The translations under genes were made by a program, and so were the position numbers. A stretch of 64,000 nucleotides of DNA from positions 276,342 through 340,341 of IMG/VR virus record IMGVR_UViG_3300037501_000111. One strand, given 5' to 3'. Numbering within the stretch: the first letter of the stretch is position 1; the number at the start of each line of letters is the position of its first letter. A model generated the notes under the pieces. That model was given only the letters and a program-made list of their open reading frames with translations, ran no database searches and was not told the DNA's origin. Source of the stretch: a virus (Duplodnaviria; Caudoviricetes). This document shows positions 20,576 to 30,607 of this stretch, one piece after another.

Positions 20576-20846
20576 AGTTTGGAGTCTCTGAAGATTATGT
20601 GAGTGATATCAAGAACATCCGTGCTAGGGTGGGTATTACTCTTAACTATCTTAATGGAGTAGAGAAGAAGGAGCCGGCCAAAGCAGTGGTAGCTTCTCAA
20701 AACAAGAACAAGAAACTCTCTCCTGGGTTGGCGAAGTTCATTCGTTCAGATCATAAGATTCAGAACATGAATACCAAGCAACTTACTAAAAAGTATTGTG
20801 TTTCTGATTGAACTATTCAAAGGATTCTCAAGGGTGATAAGTAATC

Positions 20847-21365
20847 ATGTTCAAGTATAACCAAAACCTGGGAGTTTACGGTCTTACCCTAGTTACTGAT
20901 CGTATCGTTAGGAAAGAAGCATCATCCTTTAGGATTGAACGCTTCAATTTCATCCGGAAATTGGTCAACCATCTGATTGCATATCCCGATCCTATGGTGG
21001 TTCCGGTTTACAAGTTCGAGATTCTGGGCTCTCCTAGCTCTAGGAATTCTCCTTGGAATGCATTCTCATATGCATACGAGATGATGCGTTTGCCAATGCT
21101 TTCTCGCGATGAAAAATCTCTTATCAACAAGATGATTTCTCATAGGTATATCCTAGATCAGGATGACTTTCATCCTGATCTTAAGAAAGGTCAGAGAGAA
21201 TTTCCTAAACTTTTTAAGTTCATGAAGCGTGTGATCGATGATGAGAACTACACCGATCTTCATGATGGGAATTTTCTGAAAGATGAGGACGGCAATTACC
21301 GTATCATCGACCTAGAGGGTTTTTACAAGTATCCTGGTGTAGGAAATAGAGACTACTGCGCATGA
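20847..21365 (+). CDS. Small protein-kinase-like (APH/ePK fold) protein
   Basis: DLHDGN..RIIDLEG resembles the catalytic loop and DFG-like motif. Confidence 0.6.
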   Translation: MFKYNQNLGVYGLTLVTDRIVRKEASSFRIERFNFIRKLVNHLIAYPDPMVVPVYKFEILGSPSSRNSPWNAFSYAYEMMRLPMLSRDEKSLINKMISHRYILDQDDFHPDLKKGQREFPKLFKFMKRVIDDENYTDLHDGNFLKDEDGNYRIIDLEGFYKYPGVGNRDYCA

Positions 21366-21556
21366 AGGCAACACCAGTTATTAAAGCCGGCTATGTTATG
21401 ATGGCCCTCAACTTACTCATAGCTGGATACTTCTGGCTTTTCAGCAAAGAGGATGATGCCCGTGTTCATGTCGTTATGTTCATGGCCGGTGCCATGCTTT
21501 GGATTCTAGTAATCCTAGTTTGGTATAAGGTTAAAGAAACTGAGGATAGGTAAGCT

Positions 21557-21925
21557 GTGGAAGAATGGGCTGAGCTAGATGATGACAAATGTGCATGTCA
21601 TGGTACAGGCTGGGTGAATATAAACGCTGATAAAACAGTTGAATGTCCTATCCATTTTGTGGGACAGCTTCATCCAGAGACTCAGGCACTACTGTATGAT
21701 GAACCTAACAGGTTAGCCGAAGAAGAACGTAAAGCTAGACTTCGGTTTCTGATTCGTGAGACTCGGAATGAAGTAGTAGAACTACAGACAAAACTTAAAG
21801 CCAAACAAGAAAATCTAGTCAAGCTGGAGCTTGAACTTATCAATAGAACACCTACAGTTCGAGCTATCCAGGTCGTAGTTCCAGTTGAGCCTGAGACTAT
21901 GGAAGAAGATGGGGGTTTCCTATGA
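21557..21925 (+). CDS. Hypothetical protein
   Basis: CACHGTGW..CPIH plus coiled coil. Confidence 0.6.
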   Translation: MEEWAELDDDKCACHGTGWVNINADKTVECPIHFVGQLHPETQALLYDEPNRLAEEERKARLRFLIRETRNEVVELQTKLKAKQENLVKLELELINRTPTVRAIQVVVPVEPETMEEDGGFL

Positions 21926-22507
21926 GAATCTACGAAGCCATTGACGCAGCCGCTCAAGCTCTCAAATCTGGGGCTCATCCTAATATTGTTAGACTTGCTC
22001 TGTTGAGTGATGGTATTCCGGCAACGAAAGTTGATGTTATCATTGGCTGGGCATCTCAAACAAAACCAGATGCAGAAGCATTGGAAGAGGCTGTCCTCGC
22101 AGGCTGTCCCGATTGTTCTGGCGCTATGCACCACGCAACCATGAGCGCGTGTATGTTTATTGCTAAGAATGGTTGGAACAAATTCACTTCTGAAATGAAG
22201 AAACGCGGATAACAATGACTAAGAAAGACTACATTAAAGCTGCTGAACTTGTTCGGGGAGATCATAAAAAGAATGGAGACATCATGAAGAAAGTACCGCT
22301 CACATTTGTATTAGATGAAAGTGATCTCAAAGAAGCCATTACCGAATGGCTAAATGAACACCACAATGATGATGTTGACTGGAGTGAATACTCAATATCA
22401 TTCAAGACAGAAACAAAGCGGTCACCTGGTAAGGGGTTGCCGGGCGGTATGAATGATGACATTGTTACAACTGTCATTACTGCGGTAGCTGTTAAGGATT
22501 GAATAGC

Positions 22508-22520
22508 CTCCCATTCACGA
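22508..22520 (+). promoter_or_regulatory. Dispersed motif copy 12 (CTCCCATTCACGA)
   Basis: 5 nt after the stop at 22502; a second partial copy GGCTCCCATG overlaps ATG 22546. Confidence 0.75.
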
Positions 22521-22955
22521 GCGGGCTGTTGCGAAAGGGGCTCCCATGATTAGAATAAGAACTAAAGTAGGAGATGGACGGGTCTTTACTCTCTACTTTA
22601 TAGGCAAATGGGTGACCCTAATAAATGATGGCAATAGAACATCATCCATGAATGCTGAGTCTTTGGCATTAGCCGGAGATAATCATCTTACAGCGTGTGT
22701 TAGAATTAAGGAGATTATGGATGACAGAAGAAGAAGACTTACTTCAAAATTACTTAACGGATCAGGACATCCCTGGGATAACAGCTCAGGAATTTCAGAC
22801 AGCAGTACTGGGGCTGATCGAGAAGGGATTAATGGTGATGGTGGAAGTAAATGGTGTGAAGCTATACCGACCAACCCCTCTTCTCCGGAAAATCAAAACA
22901 CATCTGAATTCGGATCCGGCAACACAGAACTAATCAACAACAATTTCGAGGACAA

Positions 22956-23270
22956 ATGAGCAATAAGAATCTTCCCATGGACGAGCAACTTTTTATGGCC
23001 GAGCAGTATGCGCCAATGCCGGAGGCCATGCTTGCCTTGCAGGCCAAGGATGTTACCCTAAATAACAAGATGGGCGACTTTCCTGCTGGTTCCAAGTTTG
23101 CATTTGCCATTCTTCTTGGCGATGCATCGGCTGTCGTTCTGATTGATGAGAATCAGAAGGAGCATGCATTCCGACTGAATGTTAGTGTGGGCGAGGCGGT
23201 CGATGTGGATGAGTTGAAGGAGCCATATGGTGATGAGTGCGGTCATGATCATTGTGGTCATGAGCACTGA
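22956..23270 (+). CDS. Hypothetical protein with His-rich tail
   Basis: Ends ECGHDHCGHEH. Confidence 0.7.
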   Translation: MSNKNLPMDEQLFMAEQYAPMPEAMLALQAKDVTLNNKMGDFPAGSKFAFAILLGDASAVVLIDENQKEHAFRLNVSVGEAVDVDELKEPYGDECGHDHCGHEH

Positions 23271-23317
23271 AAGGATTTAGGCTACGACTCAGACATGTAC
23301 ACAGACGTGTGTGCATG

Positions 23318-23453
23318 AATGGGGCTAACGAGTTAACGGTTAGCTTTCGACCTAGTAAGCTTCTCAACAGTAAACTAGGAAGGGTCAAAGGGGTGCCAAC
23401 AAACCCATAACCTGTTGGAGCGTAGGCGGTCAAGTCTTATACCTAGCCCCATT
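23318..23453 (+). ncRNA. Candidate multi-stem structured RNA
   Basis: Closing stem ATGGGGCTA/TAGCCCCAT with internal stems CCTAGT/ACTAGG and CCAACA/TGTTGG; non-coding gap. Confidence 0.55.
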
Positions 23454-24081
23454 TCTTGGCATTATTGCTGGTGTCAATAATCGTCTCAGGTCTACTACCA
23501 TATCAGACCGAACATAATCATATGGTCCGTGTTGCTAACTTCTGAAGTAATAGATAGTTAGGGCCACTCCTGGCCATACCCGTGAGCGTGAGTTTTCGCT
23601 TCCGTTTTGAGTACGAAACACATAGGCGTGTGCTTAGATACGAACTTGCAAGCGTATCGGTGCAGGCGCCTATAAAACGGAGGATCAATTTTACAATTGC
23701 AAATAAGATATTAGTTATGGCCGAAAATGAAGCGCAAAGATTGCGTCAAGCCCTCAACCAATTAGGTAATTAGATATGATTCGTATTCGATATTCTGACG
23801 ATAGCATTAAAGAATACAAGAGTTTGGACGTTGCTAACTTCATGGTTCTCAATACTCTATTCTCTTCTGGTGGTATGATTGCCCCTATTGAAGCCGTAGA
23901 GATCATGGGAGTAACTACCAGCGGAGCTACTGTCGAAAGAATGCTCAAGATTAAGCTTGGAGCAATCGAATCTGACTGGTAGATGCTGAGGATTGATTTA
24001 ATGGGTCGCACTTACCGCCAATATAGGGCCGCCAGTGGAGCCGGTCCGCCCAGGTACACATACACACAATAGGAATAATCT

Positions 24082-24890
24082 ATGATTCTTGGTGAATACA
24101 GTGATCACGCCCAAGTAAGTTCCATTCGATACGAGCAGCCTGAATTGTCTGCTGATGATCCGATTTAGTTTTATCCCAAGGGACTATGGACTCCGATTAT
24201 CGACCCTGATAACATTGCTTATCACTCGATGTTCAAGCCATTCAATCTCAATCAATATCTGTATCCAAGGCCACCGATTGACATGGGGCTCGTGCCTCCC
24301 ATTCATGGCGCCCCGCCCAACGTGCTTAGGATGCCGCTCAAGTTTTCCAATACTTCCTATGTGATTCCACGTCAACTAGAAGCGCTAGAGCCTGTGATTC
24401 GTCGAGTGGCCGAGTATGAGAAATATCTGTGCTCGGATAATAGCATCGATCATGATGATACTTTCTGTCATATCACCTATGATTCATCAACAGTAAATGC
24501 TGGAGAGTATCATCGTTTCCCTGGTTTCCATGGTGATGGTATTCAAGGGACGAAACTAACACCCAAGGTATTCGTAGAGCATTCATACATTCTTACGAGT
24601 GCGCCTCTTACTGAGTTTTGTTTGCAGCCCTTCTTCCTGAAACACTTGGATGAAGCCAAGCACAACTATTTCTTGGAGTTTGATAGGCAAGCTAAGGAAA
24701 CTAATGTTTACGGTTCGCTTCCAAACCATCTATACCTAATTGATCCGTACATCGTACCCCTAAGATCAAACAGGCTACAAACCGCGTGTTCTTGCGTATC
24801 GCATATGCATTTACAGAACTTCAGCATCCCAAGAACACAATCAATCCACTCTTCTTTGGTCAACAGTATGATAATTCGCAAGAAGGTTAA
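24082..24890 (+). pseudogene. Putative 2OG-Fe(II) oxygenase-like gene (lesions: TAG 24166; 7-nt repeat collapse ~24750)
   Basis: FPGFHGDG (HxD); restoring one TACATCG unit gives PYIVHRTP..RVFLRI (distal His and Arg); contains motif variant CTCCCATTCATGG at 24296-24308. Confidence 0.5.
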
Positions 24891-24891
24891 T

Positions 24892-25605
24892 ATGAACGGT
24901 GCAATTTACGTTTCTGATTCTGGCAACACCAAAATCATGGGTTCCAAGAAAGTGGATGCAACTTACGCATCTATCAAGCATACCTGTCCTAGCTCCTGCC
25001 CCCTCAAAGATGAGGGTTGCTACGCTCAAACTTCGTTCGTGGGAATGATTAACCTGCGAATGCAGCGGCGAGCCAAGGGAAAATCAGCAATAGATGTGGC
25101 TCGGTCAGAAGCCAAGGCCATTGATAACTCTTATAACGGCGGCCCCGTTCCACAAGGACGAGCATTGCGCCTGCATGTGGCTGGTGATTCTCGTACTCTT
25201 TTGGGCACGAGGATTATCAACAAGGCTATCAAGCGATGGAAGAATCGTGGTGGTGGATCCGTATGGAGTTACACCCACGCATGGAAGCATATCCCTCGGG
25301 AAGAGTGGAGTAATGCTTCTGTTCTAGCTTCTATTCAGAACACTTCTGAAGTTGAAGCGGCTCGGGCGCAAGGATATGCACCTGCGATTGTCGTAGATTA
25401 TCATAAAAGTGATAAGGCATATCAACTTGCAGGCAGTGATACAAAGTTTATTCCATGTCCAAACCAAACTCGTGGTGTCGGCTGTTCAGATTGTAAACTC
25501 TGTTTTAATGCAGATCGATTGTTTGCAACAAATATGGGTATTGCTTTTGCCGCTCATGGAGTAAAGAAAGAGCAAGTTAAGCGTCATCTGACCGTCCTAA
25601 AATAA
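24892..25605 (+). CDS. Cys-rich phage protein (Gp88/radical-SAM-like)
   Basis: TCPSSCP..GCYA, RLHVAGD, YTH, CPNQ..CSDCKLC; own ATG after TAA 24890; ORF-track fusion to 24229 is likely an artefact. Confidence 0.6.
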   Translation: MNGAIYVSDSGNTKIMGSKKVDATYASIKHTCPSSCPLKDEGCYAQTSFVGMINLRMQRRAKGKSAIDVARSEAKAIDNSYNGGPVPQGRALRLHVAGDSRTLLGTRIINKAIKRWKNRGGGSVWSYTHAWKHIPREEWSNASVLASIQNTSEVEAARAQGYAPAIVVDYHKSDKAYQLAGSDTKFIPCPNQTRGVGCSDCKLCFNADRLFATNMGIAFAAHGVKKEQVKRHLTVLK

Positions 25606-25847
25606 TTGGATTGTCATATAACGCTAGAATTTGTTTAGCCCACTCAACTAAATCTTTGGCTCGTTGTCCACAAGGCTGTCCTTTAACCCATAGCTCAAGG
25701 AGTTAGTCCAGAGCTTGACGAGTTGATCGATCGTGCTCACTCTAAACATTTGCGGGAAACTGGGCAACCCTGTACACGTGCCGAATATATTAGACGCATG
25801 CTGCTCTCATAATGTGATACAGAGTTAGCAGAAGATAAGGATTTATA

Positions 25848-26651
25848 ATGAGACGAAAAGACTCTAGCAAAAAAAATACAAGCAAATCGCTGCTTCGCTA
25901 TCCAGGTGGTAAAACCAGAGCTATCAGTACTATCACCCACTATTTTCCAAAAGATATTACAGAGTTGTGCTCTCCATTTTTTGGAGGAGGATCAATAGAA
26001 TTATGGTTAGCTGCTAAAGGTGTTAAAGTATATGCTTATGATATTTTTCGGCCATTAGTTGATTTTTGGCAGACAGTAATTCTTCATCCAGAAGAGCTAT
26101 CAAAAGAAGTACAGAAATACTATCCACTTGCCAAGGAAGCATTTTATAAACTTCAAGAAGAACAAAATAAATTCTCTACTAAATTAGAAAGGGCTGCGGC
26201 GTTCTATGTTCTAAATAGAAGCTCTTTTTCAGGATCAACCTTATCTGGTGGTATGTCCCCCAATCATCCTCGTTTCAATCAGACGTCTATTGATCGTGTT
26301 AGAGATTTTCATAATCCTAACTTTAGTGTAAATCGGTTGGATTTTAATGAATCCATTGTAAAACATGATAAGGTTTTCAAATATCTTGATCCTCCTTACA
26401 TAATTGAGGGGGCACTTTATGGTAAAGATGGAAGCACCCATAAAGATTTTGACCATCAAGGACTATTTAATCTGTTAAACAAAACAGACAATTGGATCAT
26501 GTCTTATAATAATTGTGAAGAGATTAGATCTCTTTATAAAGATTATCAAATGATTGAGCCTGTTTGGGCGTATGGTATGTCTAAAAATAAAAGATCTAAT
26601 GAACTATTAATCTTCAGTAAAGATATCAAATCTAAACAAAATGGGATCTAA
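25848..26651 (+). CDS. Dam-like (D12 class) N6-adenine DNA methyltransferase
   Basis: LRYPGGK, SPFFGGGS, YAYD and YLDPPY motifs. Confidence 0.92.
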   Translation: MRRKDSSKKNTSKSLLRYPGGKTRAISTITHYFPKDITELCSPFFGGGSIELWLAAKGVKVYAYDIFRPLVDFWQTVILHPEELSKEVQKYYPLAKEAFYKLQEEQNKFSTKLERAAAFYVLNRSSFSGSTLSGGMSPNHPRFNQTSIDRVRDFHNPNFSVNRLDFNESIVKHDKVFKYLDPPYIIEGALYGKDGSTHKDFDHQGLFNLLNKTDNWIMSYNNCEEIRSLYKDYQMIEPVWAYGMSKNKRSNELLIFSKDIKSKQNGI

Positions 26652-27561
26652 TAAGCAAACAAAAAATGGTAAAGCTTTTGAGTTTGCATTTGCTAATTCT
26701 CTTTACAATAATTGTTCTGAATTTTCAGAAACTGATTTAGTGTCAGATTATACATATAATGTGGCACTAAATCATTACAATTCTACAGATATTGATGAAC
26801 AGAAAAAGTTTAATGAAGCCGCTGACATTGCAGTAGAACATATTATTTCACTTGAGCCTCAATTAATTACTCCGAAGTCAAATTTAGATCTATTGAAAAT
26901 AGAACTACTATCAGATACAGCAGGCAAATTAGGAGACGTTAGGGACGTAAAAGCATTTAGAAAAATGCAAGCATTTGAAATTGGGTTTTCTAATAAAAAT
27001 AATCACAAAGCGCTCAAAAGTAATAGAATTTCTGATGTTAGTGATTTTGGGAAAGAATGGGTAAATATATCTTGTTCTTCTCAATTTATATCAGATATAA
27101 AACCTATTTTTTCCCGTCTAAGATCTCTTCATCAAACTCATAGTAAATGGTCATCTCTTACCGACAAAGAAACTGGTATTTATAAACCAATTTTAGATGC
27201 TCTTAAGAAAGAGATTGAATCTCTCAACCAATCGCAAAATATAGCTGTTCCACTTTTCAAATACTTTTTGGGAAGAAAAGACTTTTACAAAGTTATTAAA
27301 CAAGATAAATCATCTGAAGTCGAGATTGAGGGGTTTAATGTGAATGGTAATTTATCAATTACTAAATTAGCTTTACCCTCTAAAATTGAAAGGTTGCAAT
27401 TTAAAACAAACTCTAATAATAGGTTGCTTTTAATCTTTGACCAAGATTGGATTCTAGAATTTAGAATACACTCCGCATCTTCAATAGTTGAGCCCTCTCT
27501 TAAATTTGATGTCCAATTGATTGGTAATCCACCAATTTATAGAAAGGTTCTATCTATCTAA
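26641..27561 (+). CDS. HaeIII-family type II restriction endonuclease
   Basis: NGKAFE, DTAGKLGDVRDV, SNKNNHKALKSNRIS, YFLGRKDFYKVI, FRIHSASS, SLKFDVQL resemble the RE_HaeIII pattern; overlaps the MTase stop. Confidence 0.75.
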   Translation: MGSNKQTKNGKAFEFAFANSLYNNCSEFSETDLVSDYTYNVALNHYNSTDIDEQKKFNEAADIAVEHIISLEPQLITPKSNLDLLKIELLSDTAGKLGDVRDVKAFRKMQAFEIGFSNKNNHKALKSNRISDVSDFGKEWVNISCSSQFISDIKPIFSRLRSLHQTHSKWSSLTDKETGIYKPILDALKKEIESLNQSQNIAVPLFKYFLGRKDFYKVIKQDKSSEVEIEGFNVNGNLSITKLALPSKIERLQFKTNSNNRLLLIFDQDWILEFRIHSASSIVEPSLKFDVQLIGNPPIYRKVLSI

Positions 27562-27854
27562 TCGTATTTATTATATGACTATAAATCGTTTGATAAAACA
27601 AGCAGAACAATTTTGTTTGTTGTCCGAACATTCATTAGAAAAAAAATAGCTGTTCAAAAATTAAAATACACCATCTGGTGGCGTAATCCTGATAAACAAG
27701 ATAAGTGGAATGTCTACCAATCTGGACTATCTAAGACCAAAGCGGAACGTCTATCAAAAGACATAACCTATTTTCTAAGTGTTAGATGGTTTGATCGTAA
27801 TATTCCAACTCGTATTCTAACAGATGGTGCAATTATAGATTCATAAGGTAAGTC

Positions 27855-29030
27855 ATGTCAGATTGGTCCCCTCAAATTGTTCGCATTGAAAAGATAGAGA
27901 AACATCCATATGCAGACGCATTGGATATCGCTACCGTACTTGGTGACTATCCAGTCATCGTCAAGCGAGATGAATATAAAAAAGGAGACCTGGCGGGTTA
28001 CATTCCTATTGACTCTATTGTTCCTGATACTGAAGAGTTTCACTTTCTCTGCCCCAAAAATATAGAGAAGTATGAAGAAGTAGAGGGAAATGAGATTGTA
28101 ACCAAGACTCGTGTGCTTGGTCCCAAATTTCCGGTTGGTTTGGTTCCAGAAAAGAATCGTATCATTAAGGCAAAAAAGATTCGCGGAATCTATAGCCAGG
28201 GAATGCTGGTCTCTACTGCTGGGTTAATTAAACCAGTTCTGCCATATGATGTGGAGCCTATAGCAATCGTAGAGGATGGCACCAAATACAACTTGTTCAC
28301 CTGGAATCCTGGCGATTCAATTGTTGAGGCTTTGTCACTCAAGAAGTGGAAAGAGGAAGAAGAAGATAATCTTCCCGGTCTCAAAAAGACGCGAACCAAC
28401 GCAGAGAAAGCCCCACAAGGGTGGTCTATTCCTCACTATGATATCGATTCGGTACGTAAGGTAGTTAACCTTCTTCTTCCTGGTGAAGAGATTGTTCTAA
28501 CCGAAAAGATTCATGGCTCTAATGCTGGCTTCTCACATGATGGTATCAGACTGTGGGTGAAGTCTCGCAACTTTTACAAGAAGATGGACGAAGAGGATAT
28601 GTGGTGGGATATTGCAATCCGCTATGAGCTTGACAAGAAGCTCTCTCAATATCCGGGCCTTGTCTTCTTCGGTGAAGTATATGGTCATGTCAAGAAATTC
28701 TGTTACGATACCATTATCGAAGGTGGGCGCTTGCTTACACGCGTTCGCTTCTTCGATGTGTGGGACACCAAGAAAATGCGATACGTTGATTATGATGAAC
28801 GAGTACACATTTGTACGGAGCTGGGATTGGATATGGTCCCTGAATTGTACCGAGGTCCATGGCTTGGTAAGGAACAAATGTATCCTTATGCCGAGGGCTT
28901 GACAACGTTGGGAGGCAAGCATATCCGTGAAGGATGGGTTCTTAACACCGTCAAGGAGCGCTTCGAGCCCCATCTCAATTCTAGAATGCAATTTAAATTG
29001 GTAGGAGAGGGGTATAACCTTCAGAAGTAA
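27855..29030 (+). CDS. RNA ligase, DRB0094 family
   Basis: IEKHPYADALDIA N-terminus; EKIHGSN, FGEVYG, REGWV and FKLV nucleotidyltransferase motifs. Confidence 0.92.
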   Translation: MSDWSPQIVRIEKIEKHPYADALDIATVLGDYPVIVKRDEYKKGDLAGYIPIDSIVPDTEEFHFLCPKNIEKYEEVEGNEIVTKTRVLGPKFPVGLVPEKNRIIKAKKIRGIYSQGMLVSTAGLIKPVLPYDVEPIAIVEDGTKYNLFTWNPGDSIVEALSLKKWKEEEEDNLPGLKKTRTNAEKAPQGWSIPHYDIDSVRKVVNLLLPGEEIVLTEKIHGSNAGFSHDGIRLWVKSRNFYKKMDEEDMWWDIAIRYELDKKLSQYPGLVFFGEVYGHVKKFCYDTIIEGGRLLTRVRFFDVWDTKKMRYVDYDERVHICTELGLDMVPELYRGPWLGKEQMYPYAEGLTTLGGKHIREGWVLNTVKERFEPHLNSRMQFKLVGEGYNLQK

Positions 29031-29412
29031 TGTTGCCAAATAAAAAAGACGAAGAGGTTCTGAAAGAACTCTTTCCTAATCCAGAAGATAAATGTCCAGA
29101 ATATGGTCATGAAGAGAAATTTCATTCCATCGATGATGGTTGGATATCTTGTAGTGCTGACAACTGGTCCTGTAATTGTGGTAATAACATAGGCAGAAAA
29201 TATGATGCACATTGCTGACCATCCAACCGATCCTTGGCTGGACGAAAATCTTCGAAAGACATGGTCTAGAGCCATTCAAGTTTGGAGAATTCAAAGGTAC
29301 AGCAAAATCTAAAGTAGAGGCTGTTGTGATCAACTTACCAGCCCATACTGCCAAGCACAGAGTCTGGTCATAGTCAGGCACTTCTAGATCATTTAGCAAG
29401 TAAGGTAAATGG

Positions 29413-29889
29413 ATGAACTACAAATCGCAAATCGAAGAACTATCTTCTCAGATTAAAGACTTAGAAGATCGTGCCGCCAATCTTCAGGTGGAATCCTTTG
29501 ATTTGCGACAGAAACGTGAAGAGTTAATTGCTCGTATGATTGTGGAAGAGAAGCTCATGGTTGATACCGAATGGGAATTAACCATGGATCATAATTCTAC
29601 TGCATCCTTATCATTTAAAAAAGATAATAAAGGTAGCATAAATTATATTGTAGAGTTAGCTAAAGCTGATTATCATTCATGGTTTGAAATTATGGATGGT
29701 GTTAGTTTACGATTTGATGATAATGAAATCTCTATTTCATTCAAAGACTCTAAGCTAGTAATTCCATTTGCTAAAAAGAATGGGCTCAAAATCTCCGGCA
29801 ATAATCTGACGAACAAACTTGCTCAACTTAAGCGAGATGTTGCAGCATTAGAAATAATCTGCCATCAATTTTCTTTAGATAAAAAGTAA
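29413..29889 (+). CDS. Coiled-coil hypothetical protein
   Basis: 158-aa ORF. Confidence 0.65.
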   Translation: MNYKSQIEELSSQIKDLEDRAANLQVESFDLRQKREELIARMIVEEKLMVDTEWELTMDHNSTASLSFKKDNKGSINYIVELAKADYHSWFEIMDGVSLRFDDNEISISFKDSKLVIPFAKKNGLKISGNNLTNKLAQLKRDVAALEIICHQFSLDKK

Positions 29890-29890
29890 C

Positions 29891-30205
29891 ATGGAATTTA
29901 AGGTTTATATGGACGATGCCCGTGAGACTCCGCAAGGGTGGCATCGCACTTATACGGTAGCTGAGACGATTGAGATTTTGCGTACACGCACGGTCACGCA
30001 CTTGTCTTTGGACAATGACTTGGTTGAGAATCAACCTGAGGGATACAAAGTGATTGATTGGCTGGAAGAGACAGTCTATTATGACAACACCTTCCCTATG
30101 CCAGAGGTTACTGTTCACAGCTCTAACCTTTCTCGCGTATCCTATATGCACAACGCTCTCAAAAACATTGAGAGGATTCGACAACAACAACTAGGTGGCA
30201 GCTAA
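29891..30205 (+). CDS. Cyclic-phosphate-processing receiver domain protein
   Basis: VYMDDARETPQGW..LSLDNDL..GYKVIDWLEE..VHSSN. Confidence 0.8.
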   Translation: MEFKVYMDDARETPQGWHRTYTVAETIEILRTRTVTHLSLDNDLVENQPEGYKVIDWLEETVYYDNTFPMPEVTVHSSNLSRVSYMHNALKNIERIRQQQLGGS

Positions 30206-30527
30206 TATGGAAGTGTTTATCCAATATTCTGAGCCTCAGCTAGAAGCTGCCGCCAAGTTCATTTCAGAAAACAACCAGTCTTTTCTAGGACAACTTAAAC
30301 ACATACGTGAGCATATACGCAAATCAATCTGGGAAATGGCTGAGAAATTCCCGCACCTCCATGTAATTTCTACTATGGGTTATACCATACTAGGGTCAGC
30401 AGATGAGGTGGAGGGCATTGATGATGATGTTAATATTTTACATGTGCAAATCATGGTTGATCCTAGCTTAGCTCAAGAGCCTGAATACACCGAAATTACT
30501 TACATCATTCCTAAAAAAGCAGAATGA
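30195..30527 (+). CDS. Hypothetical protein
   Basis: Co-oriented ORF. Confidence 0.55.
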   Translation: MAANMEVFIQYSEPQLEAAAKFISENNQSFLGQLKHIREHIRKSIWEMAEKFPHLHVISTMGYTILGSADEVEGIDDDVNILHVQIMVDPSLAQEPEYTEITYIIPKKAE

Positions 30528-30534
30528 TTCATTA

Positions 30535-30607
30535 GGGTCTGAAGCTCAAGTGGTCGAGCAGGGGCCTTTTAAGCCCAAGGAAGCGGGTTCGATCCCCGCC
30601 GGACCCA
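30535..30607 (+). tRNA. tRNA-Lys (TTT)
   Basis: GGGTCTG/CGGACCC acceptor; loop CT-TTT-AA; T-arm GCGGG-TTCGATC-CCCGC; CCA not encoded. Confidence 0.9.

Noticed and set aside
23318-23453. tmRNA
   Set aside because: Too short, no tag ORF, no G3.U70 pair and no canonical T-arm or CCA; kept only as an unknown ncRNA.
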